DNA of 64,000 nucleotides from contig JAQWDK010000010.1 in the NCBI GenBank assembly GCA_028705495.1, positions 507-64,506 of the forward strand, given 5' to 3'. The stretch's first letter is position 1. Each line of letters opens with the position of its first letter. This stretch comes from Eubacteriales bacterium. Its GTDB lineage: Bacteria; Bacillota; Clostridia; Oscillospirales; CAG-382. The translations under genes were made by a program, and so were the position numbers. Positions 27,776 to 38,443 of the stretch are shown here, one piece after another. A model generated the notes under the pieces. That model did not search any database and was not told the origin of the DNA. It worked only from the letters and a program-made list of their open reading frames with translations.

Positions 27776-29077
27776 ATGAGCTATACTGAGATTCATGGAA
27801 TAAACAACAAGCTCTATATGTTCAAACAGTACTTAGCAATGTGTGACGATCTAAAATGTGAGGGGATCTCTCAGACTATCGCAGCGCTCGAAGAAGAAAT
27901 CATTAGGGCTACAGAGACGCTGAAAACTTTAAAACCTGACCCTGTTATGACAGCAAAAGAACCTGATGATTACGACGAAATCAGAGAGCTTTGCGCTCCT
28001 GCAAAAATGCTTTATACAAATCTGCCATCTGATTTTAAGGACAAGCTTAGTGCGGCAATTTTATCACGTTTTGCCGGTTGTACACTCGGTGCGCCTGTTG
28101 AAGGCTGGACAGTAGATCAAATTGAAAATTACGCCAAAGAGCTCGGGCTTCCTATCCCACTAACCGATTATTGGACTGACACCCCTCTAAAGGGAACAAA
28201 AAGATATATCTATTCGAAATTCGAAGACTATACGAAACCATACTTGAACTCTGTTCCATGTGACGACGATGTAGGATTCACAATACTTTCTCTTCTTATT
28301 GCCGAAGAGGGAAAAGGACATGAACTCGATACTGAAGATGTCGCAAAAGCATGGTTAAAATACATAACAGAAGCATATACCGCCGAACAGGCTGCAATGG
28401 ATAACTTGAAAGCAGGGGTTGCTCCCAAAGAAGCGGCTATACCTAACAATCCGTATATCGAGTGGATAGGTGCTGATATCAGATGCGACGGTTATGGATA
28501 TATGGCACCCGGTAATCCGGAACTCGCTGCAAAACTCGCTTATGAAGATGCATATCTTTCACACCGCAGAAATGGCATTTATGGTTCGATGTTTTTTGCA
28601 GCAACCATAAGCGCAGCATTTGCATTAGGTGATCCTATTCTTGCGATAGAAGAAGGTTTAAAGTATATACCACAAGAATGCAGGCTGGCTGATGATGTTC
28701 GCTGGGCGCTTGACATCAGAAAAACAATAAAAAATGCACGTCATGCAGCAGAACTTGTCGACGAGCGTTTCAAAGGGATGCATATTGTCCATACTCTTAA
28801 CAACGCATGCCTTGTTGTTTTTGCTCTTGAGTTAGGTGGTAAAGACATCGGTAAAGTTTTTTCAAATGCAGTATTTATGGCGCATGACGCTGACTGTACC
28901 GCTGCCACAGCCGGATCAATTGCAGGAGCATGTTATGGTATGGAAGCTCTCGAAAAGCATTGGTATGATGTCTTTAACAATAAGGTTTTATCCTTCTATA
29001 ACGGTCCGAGAGAGTATCAGATTGATGATATAATCGAAAGATATTATAAGCTCGCAGAGAAGTCTATTGATAAGTAA
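27776..29077 (+). CDS. ADP-ribosylglycohydrolase (ARH/DraG fold) family protein, cytoplasmic
   Basis: N-terminal ILSRFAGCTLGAPVEGW and C-terminal HDADCTAATAGSIAGACYG match the two metal-binding signature regions of the ARH family. No signal peptide. Confidence 0.8.
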   Translation: MSYTEIHGINNKLYMFKQYLAMCDDLKCEGISQTIAALEEEIIRATETLKTLKPDPVMTAKEPDDYDEIRELCAPAKMLYTNLPSDFKDKLSAAILSRFAGCTLGAPVEGWTVDQIENYAKELGLPIPLTDYWTDTPLKGTKRYIYSKFEDYTKPYLNSVPCDDDVGFTILSLLIAEEGKGHELDTEDVAKAWLKYITEAYTAEQAAMDNLKAGVAPKEAAIPNNPYIEWIGADIRCDGYGYMAPGNPELAAKLAYEDAYLSHRRNGIYGSMFFAATISAAFALGDPILAIEEGLKYIPQECRLADDVRWALDIRKTIKNARHAAELVDERFKGMHIVHTLNNACLVVFALELGGKDIGKVFSNAVFMAHDADCTAATAGSIAGACYGMEALEKHWYDVFNNKVLSFYNGPREYQIDDIIERYYKLAEKSIDK

Positions 29078-29100
29078 GCGTTAATTTTTTCATTGTAAAC

Positions 29101-29153
29101 CTGCCGCTGCATGATATGAAAGTAAGCTTTTCTTGCTGCGGCAGTGTTTTTCT
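29101..29153 (+). terminator. Rho-independent terminator after the ARH gene
   Basis: ctgccgctgca / tgctgcggcag stem with one mismatch, followed by tgtttttct. Confidence 0.6.
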
Positions 29154-29189
29154 TAGTTATAGAAGGTGTTTTTGAAAGGCGGTATCTCA

Positions 29190-30359
29190 ATGAGTCTTTT
29201 AGGAATTGCTTTTGAAGGCGGGGGAGCCCGTGGCTCTTATCAAGCTGGAGCTGCGAAAGCACTTGTTGAAAATGGTTATGTATTCAACGGGTGTGTTGGC
29301 TCTTCCATTGGTTCAATAAACGGCGCTCTAATGGCGCAAAACAACCTCGATGTTATGCTTGACCTTTGGAGCACAACCGAGGTTTCGTCCTTATTTGATA
29401 TGGACGATGACGTTGCAAAATATATTGTCAATATGCAGTTTGACAAGCTCGATATGACGAAAATTTATAATGCTCTGACAAAGGTTATAAAAGACAGAGG
29501 AGCTGATACATCAAAAATCAGAAAGCTCCTGAATGAAATTATCGATGAAGAAAAAATCAGGTCAAGCGGTAACGATTATGGTCTTGTAACAGTCGGTCTA
29601 CCCGACTTTAGACCATATGAGGTTATGATTGATGAAATTCCATCGGGAAAACTAATTGATTATATAATGGCATCTTCATGTTTTCCGGGCTTTAAATCAG
29701 CGCAGATAGGTGCAAAACAATTTATTGACGGCGGATTTTATGACAATATGCCGGTTAATTTACTCGCCAAGCGCGGATACAAAAATATTTTCGCTATTAG
29801 AACTGATGCGCCAGGCATGTTAAGAAAGCTTGAGTTTGAGGATGTTGAAGTAACAACAATTAAACCATCTGAAAATCTTGGTTTATTGATGTATTTTTCA
29901 TCGGAACAAGCTAAGAAGAATATAACTCTCGGTTATTATGATACATTGAAAACTGTAAAGAATCTGTCGGGAGTAAGATATTATGTAGAAGCTCCATCAG
30001 ATCAAACATCATTTGAACTGCTCAGTAAACTCGAAGATGTCGTCATTTCCGGTATAGCGACGCCCTTGGGCATAAAAGAAAAAGCTGGGAAGAGACTGCT
30101 TTTCGAAAAGGTGATTCCTACTTTATCACCGAAGCTTAAGATTCCAAAAAACGCTGGATACAGTGATTTTATTGTTGGATTATTTGAATTTGCAGCTGAT
30201 GAATGGGAAGTGGAGAGATTTAAAACATACTCTTTTATAGAATTTGTTGTCTCGGTCAGGGCGAAAATAGACAGTCATCATAAATCAAAGAGTGAAATGA
30301 CGCCTATAATAACCTCTGTACTACGATTAATAGCTGCTCTACCTATTGAAAGAAAATGA
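29190..30359 (+). CDS. Patatin-like phospholipase family protein
   Basis: Oxyanion GGGARG, nucleophile GSSIGS (GxSxG), DGG(F/V) Asp motif (FIDGGFYDN). Its stop overlaps the uvrB start (ATGA). Confidence 0.85.
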   Translation: MSLLGIAFEGGGARGSYQAGAAKALVENGYVFNGCVGSSIGSINGALMAQNNLDVMLDLWSTTEVSSLFDMDDDVAKYIVNMQFDKLDMTKIYNALTKVIKDRGADTSKIRKLLNEIIDEEKIRSSGNDYGLVTVGLPDFRPYEVMIDEIPSGKLIDYIMASSCFPGFKSAQIGAKQFIDGGFYDNMPVNLLAKRGYKNIFAIRTDAPGMLRKLEFEDVEVTTIKPSENLGLLMYFSSEQAKKNITLGYYDTLKTVKNLSGVRYYVEAPSDQTSFELLSKLEDVVISGIATPLGIKEKAGKRLLFEKVIPTLSPKLKIPKNAGYSDFIVGLFEFAADEWEVERFKTYSFIEFVVSVRAKIDSHHKSKSEMTPIITSVLRLIAALPIERK

Positions 30360-32344
30360 ATATAAATACGGAAAAAACAGATATGGACGCAAAATTCAAA
30401 CTTGTTAGTGAGTATAAACCTACAGGCGACCAACCTAACGCGATTCAAAGCTTAAGCGAAGGGATGCTGAAGGGTTATAAAAACCAAGTTTTAAAAGGTG
30501 TAACCGGAAGCGGCAAAACCTTTACAATGGCAAATATAATAGCAAACCTAAACCGTCCTGCGCTTGTGCTTGCACACAACAAAACGCTGGCAGCGCAGCT
30601 TTGCTCAGAATTTCGCGCTCTTTTTCCGGATAATGCAGTTGAATATTTTGTGAGTTATTATGATTATTACCAACCGGAGGCATATGTCCCAGGCAAGGAT
30701 GTTTATATTGAAAAAGACTCTTCTATAAACGACGAAATAGATAAATTAAGGCACTCGGCAACTTCTGCCTTGTTCGAACGTAGAGATGTGATAATAGTTT
30801 CAAGTGTTTCTTGTATTTATTCCCTTGGTGATCCCATTGAATATAAAAACCAGGTTATTTCTCTTCGTCCGGGTTTAAAGATGCGACGCGAAGAACTTAT
30901 AAAAAAACTTGTATCACTTCAATATACAAGAAGCGATATCGCCATGGAGCGTAACAAATTCCGCGTTAGGGGAGATGTTGTCGAAATTTTTCCTGCTGAA
31001 TCATCTGGCGATGCAGTTAGAGTTGAGTTTTTTGGCCATGAAATAGAAAGATTATCACTTATTAATACCATTACTGGAGAAATAACTGCAAGACTGGCCC
31101 ATTCAGCAATATACCCAGCGTCGCATTATGTCACAAATGAGGATAAGAAGGAAGCTGCTCTCGAAGAAATAAAACGCGAGATGGAAGCGCGAGAAATTGA
31201 GTTTTTGAAATCTGATAGACATGTCGAAGCGCAGCGAATACGCGAAAGAACACTTTACGACATCGAATGTATACGTGAAATTGGTTATTGCAGCGGGGTT
31301 GAAAACTATTCAAGGGTACTATCTGGGAGAGAACCGGGAAGTGTCCCATACACTCTGCTGGATTATTTTCCAAATGATTTCGTATTGTTTATTGATGAAA
31401 GTCACATGACTATTCCACAAGTTAGGGGAATGAGCGGTGGAGATACTGCAAGAAAGAGAAATCTTATAGACTACGGCTTCAGACTCCCGTCTGCTTATGA
31501 TAACAGACCCCTAAGATTCGAAGAGTTTATGAAGAAAAAGGGGCAGACAATTTATGTTAGTGCTACTCCCGCAGAGTTCGAACTCTCGTTATCAGAGAAC
31601 ACTGTTGAACAGATCATCAGACCGACCGGACTGCTCGATCCTGAAATTGAGGTTAGACCCATCGCAGGGCAAATTGACGACCTTATGTCGGAAATAAACG
31701 ATAGAGCAAAACGCAAAGAACGAATCCTTGTCACAACATTAACGAAGAAGATGGCAGAAGATCTTACTGAGTTCTTTGAAAAAAACTCCATCAGATGCAA
31801 ATATATGCATTACGATATAGATACAATAGAACGAATGGAACTGCTTCGCGGCTTTAGAATGGGAGAATTTGATGTACTTGTCGGTATAAACCTTCTCCGT
31901 GAAGGTCTTGATCTCCCGGAAGTAACATTAGTTGCGATACTGGATGCTGATAAAGAGGGTTTCCTCCGCTCTGAAAGTGCTTTAATTCAGACTACAGGAC
32001 GTGCTGCAAGAAACTCTGACGGTAAGGTCATAATGTATGCTGATAAAATAACTGGATCAATGCGCCGAGCAATTGATGAGACAAACCGCCGCAGAGACAT
32101 ACAACATGAATACAATGTCCAAAATGGAATTACACCCAAAACTATTGTCAAAGAGATACGCTCAACTCTTGAAATAACATCAAAAGCTGATTTAGATGCG
32201 GGAATGCATGGTAAACTGAGTGAAAAAGCGAAAGCTACACTGATTGAAAAATTAACCGCAGATATGAAGAAAGCAGCAAAAACTCTCGACTTTGAGACTG
32301 CTGCCGCTCTTAGAGATAAGATTAAGCTAATTAACTCGAAATAG
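30356..32344 (+). CDS. uvrB: Excinuclease ABC subunit B
   Basis: [29 protein letters not shown], and a C-terminal UVR domain ([11 protein letters not shown]). Confidence 0.97.
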   Translation: MNINTEKTDMDAKFKLVSEYKPTGDQPNAIQSLSEGMLKGYKNQVLKGVTGSGKTFTMANIIANLNRPALVLAHNKTLAAQLCSEFRALFPDNAVEYFVSYYDYYQPEAYVPGKDVYIEKDSSINDEIDKLRHSATSALFERRDVIIVSSVSCIYSLGDPIEYKNQVISLRPGLKMRREELIKKLVSLQYTRSDIAMERNKFRVRGDVVEIFPAESSGDAVRVEFFGHEIERLSLINTITGEITARLAHSAIYPASHYVTNEDKKEAALEEIKREMEAREIEFLKSDRHVEAQRIRERTLYDIECIREIGYCSGVENYSRVLSGREPGSVPYTLLDYFPNDFVLFIDESHMTIPQVRGMSGGDTARKRNLIDYGFRLPSAYDNRPLRFEEFMKKKGQTIYVSATPAEFELSLSENTVEQIIRPTGLLDPEIEVRPIAGQIDDLMSEINDRAKRKERILVTTLTKKMAEDLTEFFEKNSIRCKYMHYDIDTIERMELLRGFRMGEFDVLVGINLLREGLDLPEVTLVAILDADKEGFLRSESALIQTTGRAARNSDGKVIMYADKITGSMRRAIDETNRRRDIQHEYNVQNGITPKTIVKEIRSTLEITSKADLDAGMHGKLSEKAKATLIEKLTADMKKAAKTLDFETAAALRDKIKLINSK

Positions 32345-32384
32345 CTATTTTATATAGCCGCTCTTGCGGCAGAATGGACGATAC

Positions 32385-35234
32385 ATGGCAAAAGATTTTA
32401 TTACTGTAAAAGGTGCAAGAGTAAACAATTTAAAAAATATAGATGTAACAATCCCACGTGATAAATTTGTTGTTTTAACCGGTTTATCAGGTTCAGGTAA
32501 ATCGTCACTTGCATTCGATACATTGTACGCCGAAGGACATCGACGTTTTGTTGAGTCGCTATCCTCTTATGCGCGTCAGTTTTTAGGGCAGCTTGATAAA
32601 CCTGACATTGACAGCATAGACGGACTATCTCCGGCAATTTCCATCGACCAAAAAACTACTTCACGAAACCCACGCTCGACTGTTGGTACTGTAACAGAAA
32701 TTTACGATTACCTCCGACTTTTGTACGCACGTATTGGTGTGCCGCATTGCCCTGTATGCGGTGAAGAAATTAAACAGCAAACAGTTGACGAGATTGTATC
32801 TTACATTATGCAGCTACCTGAGGGAGCACGTTTTATGGTTCTCGCGCCGATTATCTCAGGTAAAAAAGGTATGTTTGAAAAAGTTTTTGAGGATGCTGCA
32901 AAGTCCGGTTTTGTAAGAGTAAGAGTTGACGGATCTATGTATGACCTCAGTGAAAAGATCGAACTTGATAAAAACAAAAAGCATGATATTGATATAGTTG
33001 TTGACAGACTCGTTATGGAGAAAGAAACAATTCGTGGAAGACTGACAGATAGTATCGAGAACGCATCTAGTCACTCAAACGGTATTGTTACAATAGTCCT
33101 TGTTGAAGAAATTGAAGGCTTCCAAACGGAAATGACTTTTTCGCAAAACTATGCTTGTAAAACTCATGGAATAAGTATAGGTGAGCTTGCACCGAGGATG
33201 TTCTCCTTTAACAATCCGTTCGGTGCATGTGAGGCGTGTACAGGACTTGGTGAGAGCTTTGTTTTTACTCCTGAGCGGATAGCTCCAGATAGAAACCTTT
33301 CGTTGTCTCAAGGTGCGATTATTGTAAACGGGTTTAAATCGATTGATGGTGTGTCTTATCAGGGAAAATTCTTCAATCAACTTGGTTCCTTTTACGGTTT
33401 CAATATCCATACACCGTTGTCTAAATATACGGCAGATGCTCTTAAATGTTTATTTTACGGAAACAGCGGAGGCAGCGGAGTCAGGCGTCGTGATTTGACC
33501 GAACCACTTTTTGACGGTATTATCGAAACAATAAAACGCAGATATGACCAAGCATCCCAACCTGACCAAAAAGAATATTACGAAGATTTTATGGAAACCG
33601 TTCCATGTAAATCATGTAACGGAAAAAGGCTAAAAAAAGAAAGTCTTGCGGTTACCGTAGGCAATAAAAATATTGCTGATCTCTGTGATTTATCTATTGA
33701 AAATTCTGTGGATTTTTTTGATAATGTAAAGCTTGGAGAAAAAGATTCGGTTATTGCAAAAGATATATTTAAGGAAATAAAGTTCCGTCTCGGATTTTTA
33801 CGTTCAGTCGGACTTGAGTATCTGACATTAGCGAGAAAATCAGGAACTTTGTCCGGTGGTGAAGCTCAGAGAATCCGTCTTGCTACTCAAATCGGTTCTT
33901 CCCTTGTGGGAGTTATGTACATTCTTGATGAACCAAGTATAGGTTTACACCAGAGGGATAATATAAAACTCATAGAAACCCTAAAAAGACTTAGAGATAT
34001 CGGTAACACACTCATTGTCGTTGAACACGACGAAGAAACTATGCTCGAAGCAGATTATATTGTTGATATAGGTCCTATGGCTGGCATTCATGGTGGTGAA
34101 GTTGTGGCTGTCGGTACACCAAAGGATATTATAAATAATCCAAACTCGATTACTGGTAAATATCTTTCAGGCGAACTAAAAATAGATTTACCAAAAGAAC
34201 GTCGTCCCGGTAACGGGAAATTTATCACCATTACTGGAGCTGCTGAGAATAATCTCAAAAATGTAACTGTAAGCTTCCCACTCGGCTGTTTTGTTTGTGT
34301 AACCGGAGTTTCCGGGAGCGGGAAATCATCGCTTGTGAATTCCATTTTGTTCAGAGGTATAAGCAAGCATTTCGGTAGAGTCGGGCATATACCCGGAAAA
34401 TTCGAAACCATAGAGGGAATAGAAGAGATTGATAAAATCATCGATATAGATCAGTCCCCAATCGGCAGAACTCCGCGCTCAAATCCTGCTACTTACACGG
34501 GAATGTTTACCGATATTCGTAGTATTTTTGCGACTACTCCCGAAGCAAAAGCCCGCGGATATAAAGAAGGCAGATTTTCGTTCAACATAAAAGGTGGACG
34601 GTGCGAAGCCTGCAAGGGTGATGGTACACTTCGAATCGAAATGCATTTCCTGCCTGATGTGTATGTCACTTGTGATGTTTGTAAAGGTCGCAGATATAAC
34701 AGAGAAACTCTCGAAGTAAAATATAAAGGTAAGAGTATTCAGGATGTATTAGAGATGACAGTCGATGAAGCACTCGGCTTTTTCGAGAACCATAGAACAA
34801 TTTATCGAAAAATAAAAACTCTTTCTGATGTTGGACTTGGTTATATCAAACTTGGTCAATCTTCAACAACATTGTCCGGTGGTGAAGCACAGCGTGTTAA
34901 ACTTTCCACAGAACTGTCAAGAAGTGCAACAGGGAAGACTATGTATATTCTTGACGAGCCGACAACTGGTCTCCATACCTACGACGTGGACATGCTTCGT
35001 AAAGTTCTCCAAAAGCTTGTTGATAATGGCAACACTGTTGTTGTAATTGAGCACAACCTTGATTTAATCAAGACTGCAGACTTTATAATCGACATGGGTC
35101 CTGAAGGTGGAGACAAAGGCGGTTATGTTATCGCACAGGGTACACCTGAAGAAGTCGCAAAAAATCCCGTTTCATATACGGGTAAGTATTTGCGTCCAAA
35201 ATTAAAATTGAATGAGGAACAGAAGAATGATTGA
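32385..35234 (+). CDS. uvrA: Excinuclease ABC subunit A
   Basis: [19 protein letters not shown], two ABC modules (GLSGSGKSS / [17 protein letters not shown] twice), zinc modules CxxC. Confidence 0.97.
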   Translation: MAKDFITVKGARVNNLKNIDVTIPRDKFVVLTGLSGSGKSSLAFDTLYAEGHRRFVESLSSYARQFLGQLDKPDIDSIDGLSPAISIDQKTTSRNPRSTVGTVTEIYDYLRLLYARIGVPHCPVCGEEIKQQTVDEIVSYIMQLPEGARFMVLAPIISGKKGMFEKVFEDAAKSGFVRVRVDGSMYDLSEKIELDKNKKHDIDIVVDRLVMEKETIRGRLTDSIENASSHSNGIVTIVLVEEIEGFQTEMTFSQNYACKTHGISIGELAPRMFSFNNPFGACEACTGLGESFVFTPERIAPDRNLSLSQGAIIVNGFKSIDGVSYQGKFFNQLGSFYGFNIHTPLSKYTADALKCLFYGNSGGSGVRRRDLTEPLFDGIIETIKRRYDQASQPDQKEYYEDFMETVPCKSCNGKRLKKESLAVTVGNKNIADLCDLSIENSVDFFDNVKLGEKDSVIAKDIFKEIKFRLGFLRSVGLEYLTLARKSGTLSGGEAQRIRLATQIGSSLVGVMYILDEPSIGLHQRDNIKLIETLKRLRDIGNTLIVVEHDEETMLEADYIVDIGPMAGIHGGEVVAVGTPKDIINNPNSITGKYLSGELKIDLPKERRPGNGKFITITGAAENNLKNVTVSFPLGCFVCVTGVSGSGKSSLVNSILFRGISKHFGRVGHIPGKFETIEGIEEIDKIIDIDQSPIGRTPRSNPATYTGMFTDIRSIFATTPEAKARGYKEGRFSFNIKGGRCEACKGDGTLRIEMHFLPDVYVTCDVCKGRRYNRETLEVKYKGKSIQDVLEMTVDEALGFFENHRTIYRKIKTLSDVGLGYIKLGQSSTTLSGGEAQRVKLSTELSRSATGKTMYILDEPTTGLHTYDVDMLRKVLQKLVDNGNTVVVIEHNLDLIKTADFIIDMGPEGGDKGGYVIAQGTPEEVAKNPVSYTGKYLRPKLKLNEEQKND

Positions 35235-37071
35235 TAATGCGCTTCTAAAGAAGATGCTTAGAGAGGTTGATAAACCAGGCAGATATATCGGCGGTGAATA
35301 CAGTGAAATAGTAAAGAAAAAAAAAGAGGGCGAACTATCTGTTGCTTTCTGTTTTCCTGACTCGTATGAAATTGGAATGTCAAACCTGGGAATAAAGATA
35401 CTTTACGGTGTTATTAACGAAAACGAATTTATCCGATGCGAACGTTGTTTCGCCCCTTGGGTTGATATGGAAAAACAGCTCCGAGAAAACAATGTTCCGC
35501 TTTTTACTTTAGAATCAAAGACTCCATTAGCGGAATTTGATGTTATCGCCTTCTCGCTCCAATATGAGCTTTGCTATACAAATATGCTCAACATGCTTTC
35601 ACTTGCCGGAATACCTTTTTACACATCTGAGCGAGATGAAACTCACCCTCTTGTGATTGCGGGAGGACCGTCTACATATAACCCCGAGCCTATCGCTGAT
35701 TTTTTTGATATTATCTCAATAGGGGAAGGTGAATATTCACTTCCAGCTTTGTTTGAGTTATATAGAAAATGCCGAAATAACTCAGTTAGTAAAAAGGAGT
35801 TTTTGAAAAAAGCTTATTTAGTCGAAGGTATGTATGTCCCATCTTTCTATAAGACAGAGTACAATCCTGATGGAACAATATCTTCAGTTATAGCTTCCGA
35901 GGGAGCACCTGAAAGAGTAACAAAAGCAATTGTAAAAGACCTTGACAGATCCTTTTATCCCGAAAAACCGATTGTTCCTTATATATCTACCGTACATGAT
36001 AGGATCATGCTTGAAGTTTTTCGTGGTTGCATCAGAGGATGCCGCTTTTGTCAAGCGGGAATTGTCTATCGCCCATACAGGGAAAAGACCGCTGAGAAGC
36101 TAAACTGTCAAGCAAAGGAATGTGTAAAGAATACTGGTTACAATGAAATTTCATTGTTGTCATTATCGATAAGCGATTACAACGAACTTCCGGAACTCAC
36201 AGACAAGTTACTTGAGTGGACTGAAGATGAAAAAGTAAGTTTATCTTTACCATCCATGCGCGTTGATTCATTCTATAAAGAGTTAATGGATAAGGTTATG
36301 AGTGTCCGCCAAAGCGGTATTACTTTTGCTCCGGAAGCCGGCAGTCAGAGGCTGCGAGATGTAATAAATAAAAATATAAGCGAAGAAGAAATATTAAACG
36401 CTTGCGATGTCGCATTCGAAGGCGGAAAAGATTCGATTAAGTTGTATTTTATGAATGGTCTTCCAACTGAAACAAATGAAGACATTATTGCTATTCCCAC
36501 GCTCGCGAAGAAGATTGTTGACAGATATTTTGCCTCACCACACCATAAAAAGGGAAGAAGTATCAGTATCACAGTAAGTGTATCTTGCTTTGTCCCGAAG
36601 CCAGACACTCCATTTCAGTGGTTTGGACAACACTCACTTGAGGAGCTTGTTAGGAAGCAAAAACTACTCAGCACATCAATTGAAAGTAAGCGCATATCTC
36701 ATAAATGGCATGAAGCAAAGGTCAGCAAGTTAGAAGCTGTGTTTTCGAGGGGCGATCGCAGGCTATCGCCTGCAATTGTAGAAGCTCATAAAAGAGGGAT
36801 GCGATTTGACAGCTGGGATGAATTTTTCGATTTTGATAAGTGGAAGGATGTTTTTAGTTTTTGTGGTATAGACCCACTGTTTTACTCAGACAGGGACATA
36901 CCTTTCGATGAAGTTTTACCGTGGGATCATATTGACTGCGGTGTTAGCAAAGAATTTCTTGTAAGAGAAGCCAAAAGCGCACTTACAGGAGTTACAACCC
37001 CTGATTGCCGCACTCAATGCAGCGGTTGTGGAGCAAACAGTTTCGGAGGTGAACGCAGTTGTTGTCCATAA
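35227..37071 (+). CDS. B12-binding-domain radical SAM protein (TIGR03960 family)
   Basis: [12 protein letters not shown]-terminus and a CxxxCxxC-like cluster, [14 protein letters not shown] 35227 has GAGGA 8 nt upstream and overlaps the uvrA stop. Confidence 0.85.
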   Translation: MIDNALLKKMLREVDKPGRYIGGEYSEIVKKKKEGELSVAFCFPDSYEIGMSNLGIKILYGVINENEFIRCERCFAPWVDMEKQLRENNVPLFTLESKTPLAEFDVIAFSLQYELCYTNMLNMLSLAGIPFYTSERDETHPLVIAGGPSTYNPEPIADFFDIISIGEGEYSLPALFELYRKCRNNSVSKKEFLKKAYLVEGMYVPSFYKTEYNPDGTISSVIASEGAPERVTKAIVKDLDRSFYPEKPIVPYISTVHDRIMLEVFRGCIRGCRFCQAGIVYRPYREKTAEKLNCQAKECVKNTGYNEISLLSLSISDYNELPELTDKLLEWTEDEKVSLSLPSMRVDSFYKELMDKVMSVRQSGITFAPEAGSQRLRDVINKNISEEEILNACDVAFEGGKDSIKLYFMNGLPTETNEDIIAIPTLAKKIVDRYFASPHHKKGRSISITVSVSCFVPKPDTPFQWFGQHSLEELVRKQKLLSTSIESKRISHKWHEAKVSKLEAVFSRGDRRLSPAIVEAHKRGMRFDSWDEFFDFDKWKDVFSFCGIDPLFYSDRDIPFDEVLPWDHIDCGVSKEFLVREAKSALTGVTTPDCRTQCSGCGANSFGGERSCCP

Positions 37072-37697
37072 GAGTATTTTTCAAAAAATTAGGTCCTCTG
37101 GCCTATATCTCCCATCTTGATTTGAATCGTGCTGTTCTTCGTGCTTTTCAAAGAGCAAAGTTACCCGTTGTTTACACCGAAGGGTTCAACCCGCATCCAA
37201 AGCTTGTTTTTACGCAGCCACTTTCGCTGTTTCAAGAGAGTGAAACGGAAATATTTGAATTCAAAGTAGAGCCAGATATGCCCTACGATGAAATAGAAAA
37301 GCGATTAAGAGGAGCGTTACCAGTTGCGCTTGAGATAACAAAAGTCGGAGCACCTGTTAAAAAGTTGTCAGAGATCGCTTTTGCTGAGTATGTAATTAAC
37401 ATAAAATCAGATGGTATAAGCGCTGATGAAGTAGAAAGGCTTTTAAGCCAAAAGATAATTGTCATCAAAAAAACAAAAAAAGGTGAAGAAGAGGTTGATA
37501 TATCACCGCAAATAAAAGTGTTCTCAGTAGAAGAAACAGAAGAAGGGATTAGCATTAGTGCAACTCTTTCAAACTCCTCTGATAGCTATCTTAATCCGCA
37601 GTATATTGTAGACTATCTAAACCGCTTTATAAAAATTGAATCATCTGGTATTACTCGATATAAATTATTTGATAGAGATATGTCACTGTTTGAATAA
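37059..37697 (+). CDS. Radical-SAM-associated protein (TIGR03936 / DUF2344 family)
   Basis: ISHLDLNRAVLRAFQRAKLPVVYTEGFNPHPK. TTG start with GGAGG 8 nt upstream. Confidence 0.8.
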   Translation: MLSIRVFFKKLGPLAYISHLDLNRAVLRAFQRAKLPVVYTEGFNPHPKLVFTQPLSLFQESETEIFEFKVEPDMPYDEIEKRLRGALPVALEITKVGAPVKKLSEIAFAEYVINIKSDGISADEVERLLSQKIIVIKKTKKGEEEVDISPQIKVFSVEETEEGISISATLSNSSDSYLNPQYIVDYLNRFIKIESSGITRYKLFDRDMSLFE

Positions 37698-37699
37698 TA

Positions 37700-37745
37700 A
37701 AAATGACACAGCTAACTGGTATACAGTTAGCTGTGTTTTTGTTTT
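37700..37745. terminator. Bidirectional rho-independent terminator
   Basis: acacagctaactg / cagttagctgtgt, a 13-bp perfect stem, with a T-run 3' and an A-run 5'. Confidence 0.85.
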
Positions 37746-37752
37746 GTATTTA

Positions 37753-38340
37753 TTAGCTTACTTGCTTACGAAATAGTTCCGGTGGGTCTTTCTCGAGAAT
37801 TTCCACTGCAGAGCGGTTATCTCTGAGCCAAAAGTTAATGTCCTGACGATCGAGGATAACCGGCATCCTGTTATGTATGTCAGATACATCGTCGTTTGCA
37901 TCACGGGTAAGTATAACAAACTTCGGAACATTTTCAATTACTGAATAAACACCTGCCATAAATAGTGTCTTCTCATCAGGGAGACTAAAATGGAACTTTT
38001 TCTTTTTGGTGTCTTTCGACCATTCGTAAAAGCCTGTACTTGGAATGATACAGCGTCTGTTACTAAAGGATGATGAAAACGTTCTTTTTTGTGCAACTGT
38101 TTCTGACCGCGCATTTATGATAACACCTTTTGAATCAAAACCTGGGATACCCCATAAATAAATTTCAGGTGTATATCCACGGGAGTCCTTATCATCCCGA
38201 ACAAGCACTGGTGCAAATGACGACGGGAATACTTCTCCTCTTGAAAACTGTCCAGTAGGATACTTTTTTCTCAACTCATTCAAGAAGCTGAAGATTTCAA
38301 AATAGTCATCATCGTCATAAAGGCTATATCGACCGCACAT
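37753..38340 (-). CDS. SOS response-associated peptidase (SRAP/YedK family, abasic-site processing)
   Basis: MCGRYSL N-terminus when started at ATG 38340 (catalytic Cys2), not at the ORF-track start 38397. Confidence 0.85.
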   Translation of the reverse strand: MCGRYSLYDDDDYFEIFSFLNELRKKYPTGQFSRGEVFPSSFAPVLVRDDKDSRGYTPEIYLWGIPGFDSKGVIINARSETVAQKRTFSSSFSNRRCIIPSTGFYEWSKDTKKKKFHFSLPDEKTLFMAGVYSVIENVPKFVILTRDANDDVSDIHNRMPVILDRQDINFWLRDNRSAVEILEKDPPELFRKQVS

Positions 38341-38443
38341 AATAATATCCATTCTGCCGCGTAGCGGCTGCACAAAACATTCGGAGTGTGAATGCATCGT
38401 AATTGGACTTCATCTGAGCTAAATTTTACGCTAGTCTTCTGTT

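Noticed and set aside
27776-30359. ARH-fold protein plus patatin lipase as an anti-phage defence or toxin module.
   Set aside because: A terminator separates the two genes. There is no sensor or NTPase, no effector-immunity pairing, and no mobile context. The patatin gene is linked to uvrB instead. The evidence is insufficient.
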